DNA of 64,000 nt from an uncultured Chloroflexia bacterium (GTDB taxonomy: Bacteria; Chloroflexota; Limnocylindria; Limnocylindrales; CSP1-4). The notes under the pieces were generated by a model, which saw nothing but the letters and a program-made list of their open reading frames with translations, had not been told where the DNA came from and made no database searches. Made by a program: the position numbers and the translations under genes. Numbering within the stretch: the first letter of the stretch is position 1; each line of letters starts with the position of its first letter. Where the stretch lies: the NCBI GenBank assembly GCA_963788685.1, contig CAWBHP010000012.1, positions 5,574 through 69,573 on the forward strand. Direction: 5' to 3'. This document shows, in pieces, positions 27,810 through 39,537 of this stretch.

Positions 27810-28694
27810 TCAGCCTGCGGCCTCGACGAGCCGCTGAATGCGTTCGATCGCGAGCGCCCGGCCGGTCTTCGGGTCGATGTCGATCTGGGTCGCGTTGAAG
27901 ACGACGGGGCCGTCGCCGACCTCGAACCGCGTCGGGAGGGCGTTGATGAACCGCGGCAGCACGGTTTTCGGATCGAAGCCGATGACGCTCCAGACCGGGC
28001 CGGTCATGCCGAGATCGGTCTGATAGGCCGTTCCGCCGGGCAGGATCCGCTCGTCGCCGGTCACCACGTGGGTGTGGGTGCCGACGACCGCCGACACGCG
28101 ACCGTCGAGGTGCAGCCCGAACGCGTTCTTCTCCGATGTGAGCTCGCAGTGAAAGTCCACGAGGCGGACCCGCGGAAGGGGCTCGGGCGACTCATCGAGC
28201 AGCCTGTCGGCGTCCGTGAACGGGTTCTCGATCTGCTGCATGTAGGTTCGGCCCTGGAAGTTGAGGACAGCGATCTCCGTGCCGTCCGCCGCGTGGTACG
28301 TGCCCCAGCCGCGTCCCGGCACGCCGGTCGTGCCGTAGTTGAGCGGCCGCAGAACGCGATCCGACGATTCCAGGTAGGGATAGATCTCGCGCTTGTCCCA
28401 GATGTGGTTGCCGGAGGTGATGACGTCGACGCCCGCGGCGAGGATCGCATCGGCCGTTGAGGGAGTAAGGCCCATGCCGCCGGCGACGTTCTCGCCGTTC
28501 GCGGTGACGAAGTCGATCCGGCGGGCGTCACGCAACTCGGGAAGCAGTTGTTCGACGGCGACCCGGCCCGGTTTGCCGATCATGTCGCCGATCATCAAGA
28601 CGCGGCAGGCGCCGGGCGGCTTCGTGGTGTCGCTGTTCGCGACGTTGCCGAGCCTGGTCAGGCCGGGCTGTCCCCCATCCCCTGTCGCCGTCAC
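27810..28694 (-). CDS. ymdB: YmdB / TIGR00282 metallophosphoesterase; start uncertain
   Basis: IGDMIGKPG, NGEN.AGG.G, TSGNHIWD, DFHCELTSEK, GTHTHV motifs. Confidence 0.93.
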   Translation of the reverse strand: MTATGDGGQPGLTRLGNVANSDTTKPPGACRVLMIGDMIGKPGRVAVEQLLPELRDARRIDFVTANGENVAGGMGLTPSTADAILAAGVDVITSGNHIWDKREIYPYLESSDRVLRPLNYGTTGVPGRGWGTYHAADGTEIAVLNFQGRTYMQQIENPFTDADRLLDESPEPLPRVRLVDFHCELTSEKNAFGLHLDGRVSAVVGTHTHVVTGDERILPGGTAYQTDLGMTGPVWSVIGFDPKTVLPRFINALPTRFEVGDGPVVFNATQIDIDPKTGRALAIERIQRLVEAAG

Positions 28695-29623
28695 GCCTCT
28701 GCCGCGCGGCGGGCGTCGGCAATCGTGTCACGGGCTTCGGCGACGGCCGCCCGCACGATGCCCGCGGCGGCATCGGCATCGGCCTGGCCAAAGACGACCG
28801 ACTCCGCCCGACCGTAGGCAGCCAGCGTGAGGCGGGCGAGTCGCTCCGGCTCCGTCGGTGTCCGGCCGAGCATCGCGAGGGTCTTCTCCACCTGGATCGT
28901 GTGCTCGCGGATGTGGCTCGACCAGCGGCTCAGGCGGAACCCGACCGGGACGGCGAACCCGGACCAACGGGCGCCGTAGTCCAGCCGATCCTCCGACAGG
29001 CCCGCCAGCCGCTCCACAGACAGGTCAAGGACCGCGTTGAGGCGGTCCCGAATCTCGTCGAGCGTTCCCTCCTGCTCTGCTGTCTCCTCGTCCGGCAGGT
29101 CGGCCCAGAACTCGTCACCGAGGCTCGTCGGCAGGTCAGGGTCATCGAGCGCGAACCCTCGCTCCTGCCACCACGCGGTCGCCCAGCCGTAGGCCCGCTG
29201 GCTGTTGACGACGTGACCGAGCGTCTGCCGGATCGACCATTCGCCGCCGCCGGGGTCGGCGTCGATCGTCTGATCCGACAGCGACGCAACGAGGCCGTGG
29301 AGGTCCCAGCGGGCGGCGGTAGCCGGGGCAATCAGGGCGGCCGCGAGGCCCCGGTCGCCATCGGCGGCACGCAGGAGCCGCGTGGCTTCCACCTCCGCCC
29401 GCTCGAACAGTTCGTGGAGCCGGTAGATCCCGTATCGGACGTCGCCCTCGCCGCCGCCGATCCACGCCCAGTCACGTTCGAGCGTGGACTCCGGGATCGC
29501 GAGGATGTCGGCGACGATCGCTGGAAGGTCGGCGCGGGCGTCGCGGATCGCGTTGGGCAGCGGCCGTGCCAGCTCCGCGTTGGTATGCCGAAGGAGCGGC
29601 GCGTCAGCGGTCGAGATGGACAT
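28691..29623 (-). CDS. DinB-family protein
   Basis: EWSIRQTLGHV and HIREH DinB_2-like motifs. Confidence 0.7.
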   Translation of the reverse strand: MSISTADAPLLRHTNAELARPLPNAIRDARADLPAIVADILAIPESTLERDWAWIGGGEGDVRYGIYRLHELFERAEVEATRLLRAADGDRGLAAALIAPATAARWDLHGLVASLSDQTIDADPGGGEWSIRQTLGHVVNSQRAYGWATAWWQERGFALDDPDLPTSLGDEFWADLPDEETAEQEGTLDEIRDRLNAVLDLSVERLAGLSEDRLDYGARWSGFAVPVGFRLSRWSSHIREHTIQVEKTLAMLGRTPTEPERLARLTLAAYGRAESVVFGQADADAAAGIVRAAVAEARDTIADARRAAEA

Positions 29624-29632
29624 AGCCGAAGT

Positions 29633-30622
29633 CTATCCCGGCGCCTCTGCTCGCGGCGCCGGCCACACGTCCGAATCCCGATCAGGTAGCGGCGCACCTG
29701 GCTTCGCGAAGGTCCAGGTAGGTTGTCCGTATTCCTCCTGCTTCGCCACCCAGCTGCCCATGTCCTCGCCACCGAGCCGCACTGTGTAGATCGTCCAGAC
29801 GAGCGCGCCCGAGGTCGCAGTGGCCGCGACGGCCCCGCCACCGGCGCCCGGACCGCCGAGCGCGTACGCCGCCAGGATCCCCAGCCGCTGCCGCCAGGAG
29901 GTGCCGCGCCAGGCCTGCAACGATCGCCGGACGTTCGCTCGGATTCGGCTGACCACGATCCGCATCGTCATCGTGGCCTCGCGCCCGCCGAGCTCGAACG
30001 GTGCCACGCGCGGTCCGAAATGTACCGGGCCGCCAAGACTGATCCTGTTGCCATCAGACCAGAACGTACGCTCGCCGGCCTTTTCCGTCCCCAAGTTGCC
30101 CAGCCGGATGACGTGTGCCTGCCCGTCGATGCCGAGCTCCCACCGATGAGGAGCATCGTCCTCCAGGCGCAGCGGTGCCACGCTCAGAGACCAGCGGAGG
30201 TCCTTGGCGCGGCTTCCGTACAGCGCTCGGTTGGCCTCGTCGACCGCGGTGACGATTTCCGTTGGCGTAGCGTCATTGGCGATGAACCGGCGAGTGTAGT
30301 AGCGGGTACCGGAACTCGCCCGTTCGAGCCCCCAGCCGAGCGTGGTCAGCTGAGCGCGTCGAGCGACAGGACGGCCAACCGGGATCGCTGCGTCCAAAGT
30401 CGCCCCATCCGCGCCCGAAGGCTCAACCTTCACCTCGTGCATGCGACGGCCCAGAGGTTCCATCTGAAGTACGTAGCGAAGGCCGTCGCGGCGACCGCGC
30501 GCCAAGGGATAGTCTCGAATGAAGTCCTCGATGGCCGATGCCAGCTCGTTAGAATCGGCGGCCACAGCTTGCAACCCGAATTCCCCGAACCATCGGACTT
30601 TGCCAAGCGACGTCACGTTCAT
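29633..30622 (-). CDS. Hypothetical protein with atypical codon usage
   Basis: Open 329-aa frame; no confident family. Confidence 0.55.
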   Translation of the reverse strand: MNVTSLGKVRWFGEFGLQAVAADSNELASAIEDFIRDYPLARGRRDGLRYVLQMEPLGRRMHEVKVEPSGADGATLDAAIPVGRPVARRAQLTTLGWGLERASSGTRYYTRRFIANDATPTEIVTAVDEANRALYGSRAKDLRWSLSVAPLRLEDDAPHRWELGIDGQAHVIRLGNLGTEKAGERTFWSDGNRISLGGPVHFGPRVAPFELGGREATMTMRIVVSRIRANVRRSLQAWRGTSWRQRLGILAAYALGGPGAGGGAVAATATSGALVWTIYTVRLGGEDMGSWVAKQEEYGQPTWTFAKPGAPLPDRDSDVWPAPRAEAPG

Positions 30623-30693
30623 TTGAGTCTTGACGCGGCGCGTCTTTCGACCGTTGCAGCCGGACCCGTCGGGCTAGCCCGACTCGTCCTACA

Positions 30694-33600
30694 TCACTCC
30701 GGGGCCTTCCGGGCGCCCTTTCGCTTCTTCGGTCGTGGAATCACGAGTGCGCTGGCCAGAATGCCGATCATGAGCCAGGCCGCTGCGATCATGGTCGCAT
30801 CGGGCGAACCACTTGGCCTGTTCGGAATCGTTGTCGTCGGCGGGACCGTGGGTGGTGGAGGCGTCGGAGCACCCGCGATCGTGACCGTCTCGCTCTCGAC
30901 CGCCGAGTCCACGCCGCCGGCAGAGGCAGTCGCGATATTGGTCACGCCGTCGGCATCGACGTCCGCCTGGGTGACCGTGTACGACGCCGTGCAGGTGATG
31001 CTCTCGCCCGGGTCGAGGTTCGCATCGAGGTCGCCCACCGTGGCGAGGTCCGGACAGGTCACCGTCGTCTTGTCGTCGGTCACGACGACCGGGCCTTGAA
31101 GCGATACGTTTCCGGTGTTGGTGACGACGTAGTCGTAGTCGATGACGTCGCCCGCGGTGTCGAACGTCGCGGGGCTGGCCGTCTTGACGAGCGACAAGCC
31201 GGGGCCGGTGGCCGCCGTCACGGTCACGCTGTCGGTGTTCGAGGTGACCGTGCCGTTGCGTGGCCGTCGCGCGTGTTGGTGACCGAGCCGGCGTCGAGGT
31301 CGGCCTGGGTGACCGTGTAGGACGCCGTGCAGGTGATGCTCGCGGCCGGGGGCGAGCGTCGGCGGTCGCCGGGCAGCTCTCATCGGTGGCCAGGTCGTCG
31401 TCGACCGTGAACGGCCCGCTCAGGGTGACGTTGCCGCTGTTGGTGACGAGGAACTCGTAGCTGATCACGTCGCCGACCGCCGCGTAGGTCGCGACGATCG
31501 GCGCTCTTCGCGATGGTGAGCGCCGGGCCGGTGGCTGCCGTGACGGTCGCGGTGTCGGTGTTCGAGGTGACGCGTCGCCGTTGCGTGGCCGTCGCGGTGT
31601 TGGTGACCGAGCCGGCGTCGAGGTCGGCCTGGGTGACCGTGTACGACGCGGTGCAGGTGATGGTGTCGCCGGGGGCGAGCGTCGGGCGTCGCCGGGCAGC
31701 TCTCGTCGGTGGCCCGGTCGTCGTCGACCGTGAACGGCCCGCTCAGGGTGACGTTGCCGCTGTTGGTCACGATGAAGCTCGTAGTCGATCACGTCGCCGA
31801 CCGCGTCGTAGGTCGCGACATCGGCGGTCTTGTCGATGGTGAGCGCGGGGCCGGTGGCCGCCGTGACCGTCGCGCTGTCGGTGTTCGAGGTGACGTGTCC
31901 CGTTGCGTGGCCGTGGCGGTGTTGGTGACCGAGCCCGGCGTCGAGGTCGGCCTGGGTGATCGTGTAGGACGCGGTGCAGGTGATGCTCGCGGCCGGGGCG
32001 AGCGTCGGGGTCGCCGGGCAGCTCTCATCGGTGGCCCGGTCGTCGTCGACCGTGAACGGGCCGCTCAGGGTGACGTTGCCGCTGTTGGTGACGATGAACT
32101 CGTAGCTGATCACGTCGCCGACCGCCGCGTACGTCGCGGGGTCGGCGCTCTTGGCGATGGTCAGCGCCGGGCCCTTGACAGCGGTGACCGTCGCGCTGTC
32201 GGGAGGCGAGGTGACGCCATCGCCAGAAACGGTCGCGGTGTTCGTGACCGAGCCGGCATCGAGGTCGGCCTGGGTGATCGTGTACGACGCGGTGCAGGTG
32301 ATGCTCGCGGCCGGAGCCAGAGTCCCGACTGCCGGGCAGCTCTCATCGGTGGCCCTGTCGTCACTGACAGTGAACGGGCCCGAGAGCGGGACATCGCCGG
32401 TATTGGTGACGAGGAACTCGTAGTCGATGACATCCCCGACCGCGGAGTACGAGATCGGGTCGGCGCTCTTCACCAGCGATAGCTCCGCGCTAGCGACGGT
32501 CGCCTGGTCCGTGCTCGAATCGTTGGTGTCGCCGGTCCTCGGGTCGGTGACTGACGCGGTGTTCGAAATGACGGCGCCGATGGGCGCGCTGCCGCTCACG
32601 AGCTGGGTGAAGGTCAGGACCTCTTGTCCGCCAGCCGGCAACCCGGAGGCGCAGGTGACTGTGCTGCCCGACAGGTTGCACGATCCCGCCGGCCCGATGG
32701 CCGACACGAGGCTCGCCGCCCCGACGTTTGTGGACGGGAACACGTCGGTAACGACCAGCGGGTTCGCGTCGGTGGCGGTCGGGCCCACCATGGCCCCTGG
32801 ACCCTCGTTCGTTACCGTCACCGTCCAGGTGATCGTGCCGCCCGCCCGGACCAGCGATGGGCTGGCGACCTTGGTGATGGCCAGGTCATAGCAGGCGATC
32901 GTCAGCGACGCGCTGTCCGATCGGGTGGCGATAACGCCAACGAGGTCGGTCGTCCCGGACGTGGTCGCGCGATCCTGCACGCTGGCCGTGTTCGTGATCG
33001 TTGCGCACGGCGCCGTGTTGGCGATGATCTGCTCGTACGTGATCGTGATCGACTCGCCCACATCGAGGCCGCGGAGACCACCGGTCGGCGCGCCCGGCGC
33101 GCCCGGCGCACCGCTGTAGGCGCGCGAACAGTTGGTGGTCGCCGGCATCGTCGAACCGACCGTGACGCCGCTGCAGGTGACCGGTCCACGCGTCAGATTC
33201 GGATTGGCGCCACCCGACACATTGAACGTGAGGACCTCGAAGGCGGGCGCGGGAGCTCCGTTTGGACCGACCGGGAGCAGGTCGGTCAGGTCGACCGTGT
33301 CACCCCGCGTCATCGGGTCAGGACCCGCATTCGTGATGGTGACGGTCCAGATGACAGCGCCGCCCGCGTTCACCGTGGCCGATGAGACCGACTTGTCGAC
33401 CGTCAGGCCATAGAGGCACGGCACCCAGTCAATGGCGATCGAGCCCGTGGCGCCGGGGCCGACGCCAGCTGGTGACGCTGGTCCGGCCGCGCCCGAGACT
33501 GCTGTCGGTGCCGCCCCAACGACGGTGGGTGAGGTCAAACTGACCCAGCTCGAGCCGCCGCCGCCGCCCGCGCCGGACACCGCAGAAGAGATCGTGGAGG

Positions 33601-34408
33601 CTCCGCCGCCCCCGCCCGTATAGCCGCCCCCGCCGCCGCCGCCGCTGTCAAAGTCGGGGTCCGGGCCGCCGTTCCCGCCGGTTCCCACGCCGATTCCCCC
33701 GCCCGCCGCACCGTTCAGCGCTGCGTTTGCGGTGTTCGTTCCGCCCGCGCCACCGGCAGCAACCTGGCCACCCTGACCCCCGTTCGCGGTGGCGCCGGCA
33801 TCGACGCCGGTCTGTCCATTCGAGCCCGGCGAGACCGTGCCCGCAGCGATCACGGCGAACCCGCCGCCCCCACCGAAGCCCGCCGGTGCCGCGTCATGGG
33901 CCGCCCCACCGCCACCGCCGCCGCCGGCGACGAGCACCGTCGAGCCGGCGAGACTGACGGACGTGCGACCGCCACCGCCGCCGCCCTGGTGGATGTTGCC
34001 GATCGTCCCGCCGTCGCCGCCATCGCCGACGGCGCCGTCACCGCTGCCACCAGTCGGAATCGCGCCGCCGCCGCCAACGCTCCCCCCGAACGACTGTCCC
34101 GGGAGCACGCCGAACGTCGCACTGATGCTGGCACCTGCGCCACCGACGCCACCGGTCTCGGCAGCCGCTGGAGACGACGCACCCCCGCCGCCGACGGCAG
34201 TGACCCGTGCCGCGCATGTGCCGTCCGGGACCACGCCTGCCGGGAGCGCCCCGGCGATGGTCCGACTGACCGCTCCAGGCCCGGGTGCCGGGTTAGCCGA
34301 CGCCGTCGGGGCGATCGCGAGCGAAACGCCGACGAGAACGAAGCCGATCAGGAACGACGAACGCGTCCGTCGGGCAATGCTCGACCGGGACTTGTCGACG
34401 TAGGCCAT
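30694..34408 (-). CDS. Large cell-surface protein: Gly-rich N-terminus, DUF11-like Ig domains, tandem Ig-like repeats, C-terminal TM anchor; multiple frameshifts in the repeat region
   Basis: Signal peptide, long GGGGG tracts, DL.ITK...[14 protein letters not shown]11 pattern, repeated YEFxVTNxGNVxLxGPFTVxDD units, tail PTVPPTTT...hydrophobic...PRPKKRK. Confidence 0.85.
30880..32460 (-). repeat. About five tandem intragenic repeats of about 320 bp (about 107 aa)
   Basis: GTGACCGAGCCGGC recurs near 31279, 31604, 31925 and 32244; a more divergent fifth copy lies near 30940. Confidence 0.85.
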
Positions 34409-34510
34409 GGCAAGGCACGCTCCTTGGGGCAACTGGGCGACGGATCGAAGCGGCCACGGATCGAAGCGACGTCGGGCCCTATCCTAGCCGAGTCGCTTGC
34501 GCGCGATTCG

Positions 34511-36040
34511 CTACTTGGCGTACTCCACGGCGCGGGTCTCGCGGATCACCGTGACCTTGATCTGGCCCGGATAGGTGAGCTGCTCCTCGATCTTCCGCAC
34601 GATGTCGCGCGCGAGCCGAGTCGCGGTGAGGTCGTCGATCTCCTCCGGTCGAACGAGGATCCGGACCTCACGGCCTGCCTGGACGGCGAACGACTTCTCG
34701 ACGCCGGCGAAACTCTCGGCGATCGCCTGGAGGTCCTCAAGCCGCTTGACGTAGGTGTCCATCGTCTCGCCCCGGGCACCCGGTCGCGATGCACTGATCG
34801 CGTCGGCGATCTGGACGATCGGCGCCTCGAGGCAGGCGTACTCGACTTCCTGGTGATGGGCGGCGATGCCGTTGATCACCTTGAACGGCAGGTTGTTGCG
34901 CTGGGCGATCTGGGCCCCGATTGCGGCATGGGGACCCTCGACCTCGTGATCGACGGCCTTCCCGATGTCGTGGAGCAGGCCGCCCATCTTGGCGATCTGG
35001 ACGTCCGCGCCGATCTCGGCCGCGATGACGGCCGCCAGCCTTCCGGTCTCGATCGAGTGGTTGAGGACGTTCTGGCCGTAGCTGGTTCGGTACTTCAGGC
35101 GGCCGAGCAGCTTGATGATCTCGGGCGGCAGCCCGGGCACGCCCGAATCGTAGGCGGCCGTCTCGCCGGCCTGGCGGATGATCAGGTCGACCTCGGCCTT
35201 CGCCTTGGCGACGACCTCCTCGATCCGGCCGGGATGGATCCGGCCGTCGCCGATCAGCTTGGTCAAGGCGACGCGGGCGATCTCGCGGCGAACTGGATCG
35301 AACCCCGAAAGGACGACCGACTCCGGCGTGTCGTCGATGATCAGATCGACGCCCGTCGCCTGCTCGAGGGCCCGGATGTTGCGCCCCTCGCGGCCGATGA
35401 TCCGGCCCTTCATCTCGTCGTTCGGCAGGTGGACCACGGTCACCGTGTGCTCTGCCGTGTGGTCGGCGGCGACGCGCTGGATCGCTGTCACGATGATGTC
35501 GCGAGCCTTCTCGTCGGCCTCGTCGCGGGCTTTCCGCTCGATCGCGCGGCCGAGCTTGACCGCGTCGTGTTCGGCCTCCTCGCGGACCGCCTCGAGCAGG
35601 AGCGCCTTGGCGTCCTCGGCTGAGACGCTGCTCACGCGCTCGAGGGCGGCTACCTGCTCCTGGTGGGCCTTCGCGACTTCCTCCCGGGCACGATCGATCT
35701 CGCGCTCGCGCTCAAGGAGCTTCTTGTCGCGCTGTTCGAGCATGTCGGTGCGCTGATCGAGCTGCTCGTCGCGCTGGAGGAGCCGCCTCTCGAGGGCCGA
35801 CAGTTCGTTGCGGCGGGTTCGGGCCTCGTCCTCGGCTTCGCGCTGCATCCGCAGCTTCTCGTCCTTCGCCTCGAGGATCAGCTCCTTCTGGCGGGCGCGG
35901 GCCTCGGCTTCGATTCGACGTGCTTCGGCATGCGCGGCCTTCATCGATTGCGAAGACCAGTAGGTGCGCGCAAGCATGCCGAGCACGGCTCCGCCGACGG
36001 CGCCCAGGAGGGCCGCCGCGGCGATGACCGGTAGTTCCAT
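34511..36040 (-). CDS. rny: Ribonuclease Y
   Basis: N-terminal TM, coiled coil, KH domain ([13 protein letters not shown]) and HD domain (LLHDIGKA). Confidence 0.98.
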   Translation of the reverse strand: MELPVIAAAALLGAVGGAVLGMLARTYWSSQSMKAAHAEARRIEAEARARQKELILEAKDEKLRMQREAEDEARTRRNELSALERRLLQRDEQLDQRTDMLEQRDKKLLEREREIDRAREEVAKAHQEQVAALERVSSVSAEDAKALLLEAVREEAEHDAVKLGRAIERKARDEADEKARDIIVTAIQRVAADHTAEHTVTVVHLPNDEMKGRIIGREGRNIRALEQATGVDLIIDDTPESVVLSGFDPVRREIARVALTKLIGDGRIHPGRIEEVVAKAKAEVDLIIRQAGETAAYDSGVPGLPPEIIKLLGRLKYRTSYGQNVLNHSIETGRLAAVIAAEIGADVQIAKMGGLLHDIGKAVDHEVEGPHAAIGAQIAQRNNLPFKVINGIAAHHQEVEYACLEAPIVQIADAISASRPGARGETMDTYVKRLEDLQAIAESFAGVEKSFAVQAGREVRILVRPEEIDDLTATRLARDIVRKIEEQLTYPGQIKVTVIRETRAVEYAK

Positions 36041-36317
36041 CTTCGTCCTCCCGTCCGGTCGGTGCGCGACCGGAGGAACTTGTGCGTGAGGACGGCGCGC
36101 TCGTGGCGTTGATTGTTACGACGGGAACGCGGTGGCTCCCCTGGAGACGCACCGTTGGGTCACGATCGCGCCGTTTTCTCGTTGCGGGCGCCGCTCGGGC
36201 GGCGCATGGGTAACTCTGCGCGTAGCCTACGGCCGCCCGGCGGCAGGGGTCAAACGCCGCACGTCTGGCCGCCCACGCGAGCGGCGCGCCACGCGAACGG
36301 CCCGCTCGGCCCGCATC

Positions 36318-36475
36318 TGGCCAAATATTCGTGGGGAGACTGTTAGGCGAGATGACGCAAGCTCGAACCTCCCGTGCGGCACCGTCTGTAAGCCGCTGAA
36401 GGCTAATTCCGCGAGATCAGGCCGTCCCAACGGCCTCCGACCTGGCCTAACAGTCCCCGGGTGCATATTTGGCCA
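36318..36475 (-). ncRNA. Candidate structured ncRNA (6S RNA-like rod) upstream of rny
   Basis: 31-nt arms (36318-36348, 36445-36475) pair with 11+11 perfect bp around a 9-nt internal mismatch; internal hairpin AGGCCGT-CCCA-ACGGCCT; position upstream of rny is a known 6S neighbourhood. Strand inferred. Confidence 0.45.
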
Positions 36476-36550
36476 AGTAGCAGCCGCGCGCCGAGAGATC
36501 GAGCCGAGTGGTCGCCGACCGGGTTGCGGCGGGGCGTCATGATGGGCTCC

Positions 36551-37326
36551 ATGCACATCTCCCCGCGCCTGCCCCGCGTCCTGCTCGCGCTCGCCCTTGC
36601 CGCGGCGCTCGCCGCCCCAGGCACCGTCGCCGCAGGGCGTCGGGAGCCCATCGTCGCCGCCTTCGGTCCCCTCTCGGGGATCGTCATCGCCCTGGATCCC
36701 GGTCATAACGGTGGCAACGCCGCCCACGCGGCGGAGATCCGGAAGCCGGTCTGGATCGGGAATGGCTACAAGCCGTGCAACCAGGTGGGAACCTCGACCC
36801 TCAGCGGCTATCCGGAGCACGCCTTCAACTTCGATGTGGCCCTCCGTGTCAAGGCCAGCCTCGAGTTCTACGGCGCGAGCGTCTACATGACGCAGGACCA
36901 CCGACACGGGTTACGGACCGTGCGTCGACGTCCGCGGCCAGTTCGGCGCGAAGGTAAGGCGCCGACCTGGCGGTGAGCATCCACGGCGATGGGTCGAGTG
37001 CGTCGCACCGGGGCTTCTTCGTCATGAAGCCGGGACTCGTCGCCGGGTACACCGACGACATCCGGGCCGAATCGGCCGTCCTGGCGACCGCAATGCGCAA
37101 CGGTTTGACCGACGCCGGCCTGACGATCGCCAACTACTACGCGACGAACGGCCTCGTCACCCGGACGAACCTGGGCACGCTCAACTGGTCCGACGTGCCG
37201 ATCGTGATGATCGAGCTCGGCAACATGAAGAACGCGACCGACGCCGGCCGCATGACGACCCGACAGGGCCGGACCCAGTATTCGAACGGGATCGTCTACG
37301 GGATCCGGCGCTACCTCGGCAGGTAA
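36551..37326 (+). CDS. N-acetylmuramoyl-L-alanine amidase (Amidase_3); frameshift near 36900-36960
   Basis: Signal peptide; IALDPGH, EHAFNFDVAL, SIHGD and IELGNM zinc-amidase motifs. Confidence 0.9.
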
Positions 37327-37339
37327 CGCGACCGATGGA

Positions 37340-37915
37340 CTACTCGGGCGAGTTCCCCGGGTCTTCGTGGTCGCGGATCGAGGCTGCGGACGCGCTGGCA
37401 CAGGTCGTGGGATCGAAGCCGTTTCGGGCGAGGAGCGCGTAGGCTCGCTGGCGGCGGGCTCGCGGATCCGCGACGCGCTCGAGCGCACGCGCGTGGCGAG
37501 CGAGCAACCGCTCGGCGGCGGCTTCATCGGCGGAAGGAACCGCGTCCTCGCCGGCGTCTGACGCTGTCGCCCGCCGCTCTTCGAGAGCCGCAACGATCAC
37601 GCTGCGCTCGACGCCACGAACGCGGAGCTCTTCGGAGAGGGCCCGCTCCCCGCGCGGCCGCGCCCGGTCGCGGGATTCGATCCACGTCCGCGCGAACGTT
37701 TCATCGTCGAGCATCCCGAGCTCCGTCATGCGCTCGATGGCGCCCTCGATCAAGTCGGCCCGGTAGCCGGCGGACGTCAGCCGACGGCGGACCTCTCCGA
37801 CAGACCGCGCCCGTGCCTCGAGGAACCGTGCGGCCGCCTCGAGCACCACATTCGGATCGTCGACGGCCTGCTTCTCGGCGCGCCGGTCGGCGTAGGAGCG
37901 GCGCTCGCGTGCCAC
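37340..37915 (-). CDS. recX: Regulatory protein RecX
   Basis: RARSVGEVRRRL, GMLDDETFA, ALLARNGF; downstream of recA. Confidence 0.9.
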   Translation of the reverse strand: MARERRSYADRRAEKQAVDDPNVVLEAAARFLEARARSVGEVRRRLTSAGYRADLIEGAIERMTELGMLDDETFARTWIESRDRARPRGERALSEELRVRGVERSVIVAALEERRATASDAGEDAVPSADEAAAERLLARHARALERVADPRARRQRAYALLARNGFDPTTCASASAASIRDHEDPGNSPE

Positions 37916-37925
37916 GGCGCTCAGC

Positions 37926-38417
37926 TCAGAACGGCTTCGTGATCATGAGGACGAACACGACCAGGATTACGACGAGTTCGTAGGCATGCGCCGCGAACAC
38001 AACCGGATCGCGGAAGGCCGTTGTGAGCTCCGGCGTCACGACACCCTTCGCGGTCGCCTCCTCGAGCGCGGCTGCGAACACTCGCCCGCGCGGAAGGAAG
38101 ACCAATGGGATCACCGGGATCACGGACAGATAGATCACGATTGAGACGAAGAGCCAGTCGACGGGTGCGTTCTGGAGTGGCCCAAGAAAGGGACGACCCT
38201 GCGCGATTGCGGTCGCAATGCCGAGGATCAGGACGATCGGGGGAATCCGGATCGCGACCCACTCAAAGCGATCGCTCAGGCCGAGAAGCGTGTGTACGGC
38301 GCTGATCTCGGTGCTTCGCGCGGCCTGGATGAGCGTCATCCATCTGCCCACGAGCGCCGCCACGATCCAGACGCCCAGCAAGGCGTGGAGGACCTTCAGG
38401 ATCGTGGCCGGGTCCAT
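37926..38417 (-). CDS. DUF2269-like membrane protein
   Basis: Four hydrophobic helices, LKVLHAL at the start and LMITKPF at the end. Confidence 0.75.
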   Translation of the reverse strand: MDPATILKVLHALLGVWIVAALVGRWMTLIQAARSTEISAVHTLLGLSDRFEWVAIRIPPIVLILGIATAIAQGRPFLGPLQNAPVDWLFVSIVIYLSVIPVIPLVFLPRGRVFAAALEEATAKGVVTPELTTAFRDPVVFAAHAYELVVILVVFVLMITKPF

Positions 38418-38430
38418 CGGGTACGAACCC

Positions 38431-39537
38431 CTACTCGGCCTCGGAGATGCCCTCGACCGGCAGCGCGACCTCGTTGATCTTGCCCCGGATCCGGCGGTCG
38501 ATATCGGCGGCGATGTCGGCATTGCCCTTGAGGAAGTCCTTCGACGCCTCGCGGCCCTGGCCCAGTCGCGTCTCGCCGAACGTGAACCACGCGCCGGTCT
38601 TCGACACGACGTCCATCGCCACGCCGACGTCGAGCAGGCCGCCTTCCTTCGAGACGCCCTCGCCGTACATCACGTCGAACTCGGCGACCCGGAACGGCGG
38701 CGCGACCTTGTTCTTCACGACCTTGACCCGGACCCGGTTGCCGACCGACTCGGTGCCGGTCTTGATCGTCTCGACCCGCCGGATGTCGAGGCGGACGCTC
38801 GCGTAGAACTTCAGCGCTCGACCGCCGGGCGTGGTCTCCGGGTTGCCGAACATGACCCCGATCTTCTCGCGGAGCTGGTTCGTGAAGATGAGCGACGTGT
38901 TGGAGCGGCTGACGGCACCGGTGAGCTTGCGCAGCGCCTGGCTCATGAGCCGCGCCTGGATGCCGACGAACGAGTCGCCCATCTCGCCTTCGATCTCGGC
39001 GCGGGGCACGAGCGCCGCGACCGAGTCGACGACGACGACGTCGACGCCGGCCGATCGGATGAGGGTCTCGGTGATCTCGAGCGCCTGCTCGCCGGTGTCC
39101 GGCTGGCTGACGAGCAGCTCGTCGACGTTCACGCCGCAGGCGCGGGCGTAGCCCGGATCGAGGGCATGCTCGACGTCGATGAAGGCCGCGACGCCGCCGC
39201 GCGCCTGGGCCTCTGCGATGACGTGCTGGCAGACGGTCGTCTTGCCCGACGACTCCGGGCCGAAGATCTCCGTGATCCGGCCGCGCGGGATGCCGCCGAC
39301 GCCGAGGGCGAGGTCGAGGGCGATCGAGCCGGTCGGGATGAAGTCGACCTGCTGGCGCGAGACCGCGCCCAGCTTCATGATCGAGCCCGTGCCGAACTGC
39401 TTCTCGATCGAGAGGATCGCGGCGTCGACGGCCTTGCCGCGCTCCGCCTGAGCTCGCTCGGCGATGCGGTCGCCGTTCTTCTCGGCGGTTTTCTCGCCGT
39501 TCCGCTCGTCCACGCTTCGCTGCCCGGTCATCGCCAT
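38431..39537 (-). CDS. recA: Recombinase RecA
   Basis: [39 protein letters not shown]. Confidence 0.99.
   Translation of the reverse strand: MAMTGQRSVDERNGEKTAEKNGDRIAERAQAERGKAVDAAILSIEKQFGTGSIMKLGAVSRQQVDFIPTGSIALDLALGVGGIPRGRITEIFGPESSGKTTVCQHVIAEAQARGGVAAFIDVEHALDPGYARACGVNVDELLVSQPDTGEQALEITETLIRSAGVDVVVVDSVAALVPRAEIEGEMGDSFVGIQARLMSQALRKLTGAVSRSNTSLIFTNQLREKIGVMFGNPETTPGGRALKFYASVRLDIRRVETIKTGTESVGNRVRVKVVKNKVAPPFRVAEFDVMYGEGVSKEGGLLDVGVAMDVVSKTGAWFTFGETRLGQGREASKDFLKGNADIAADIDRRIRGKINEVALPVEGISEAE

Noticed and set aside
30880-32460. Regular 320-bp repeats as a CRISPR array or non-coding array
   Set aside because: The units are whole protein-coding Ig-like domains with no short repeat-spacer structure, and there are no cas genes.
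33896-35623. Long antisense ORFs (for example 33896..35623, 38218..39660, 8927..10675, 59581..60693)
   Set aside because: They are shadow frames of rny, recA, DUF2075 and pheST, expected at high GC, with no motifs of their own.
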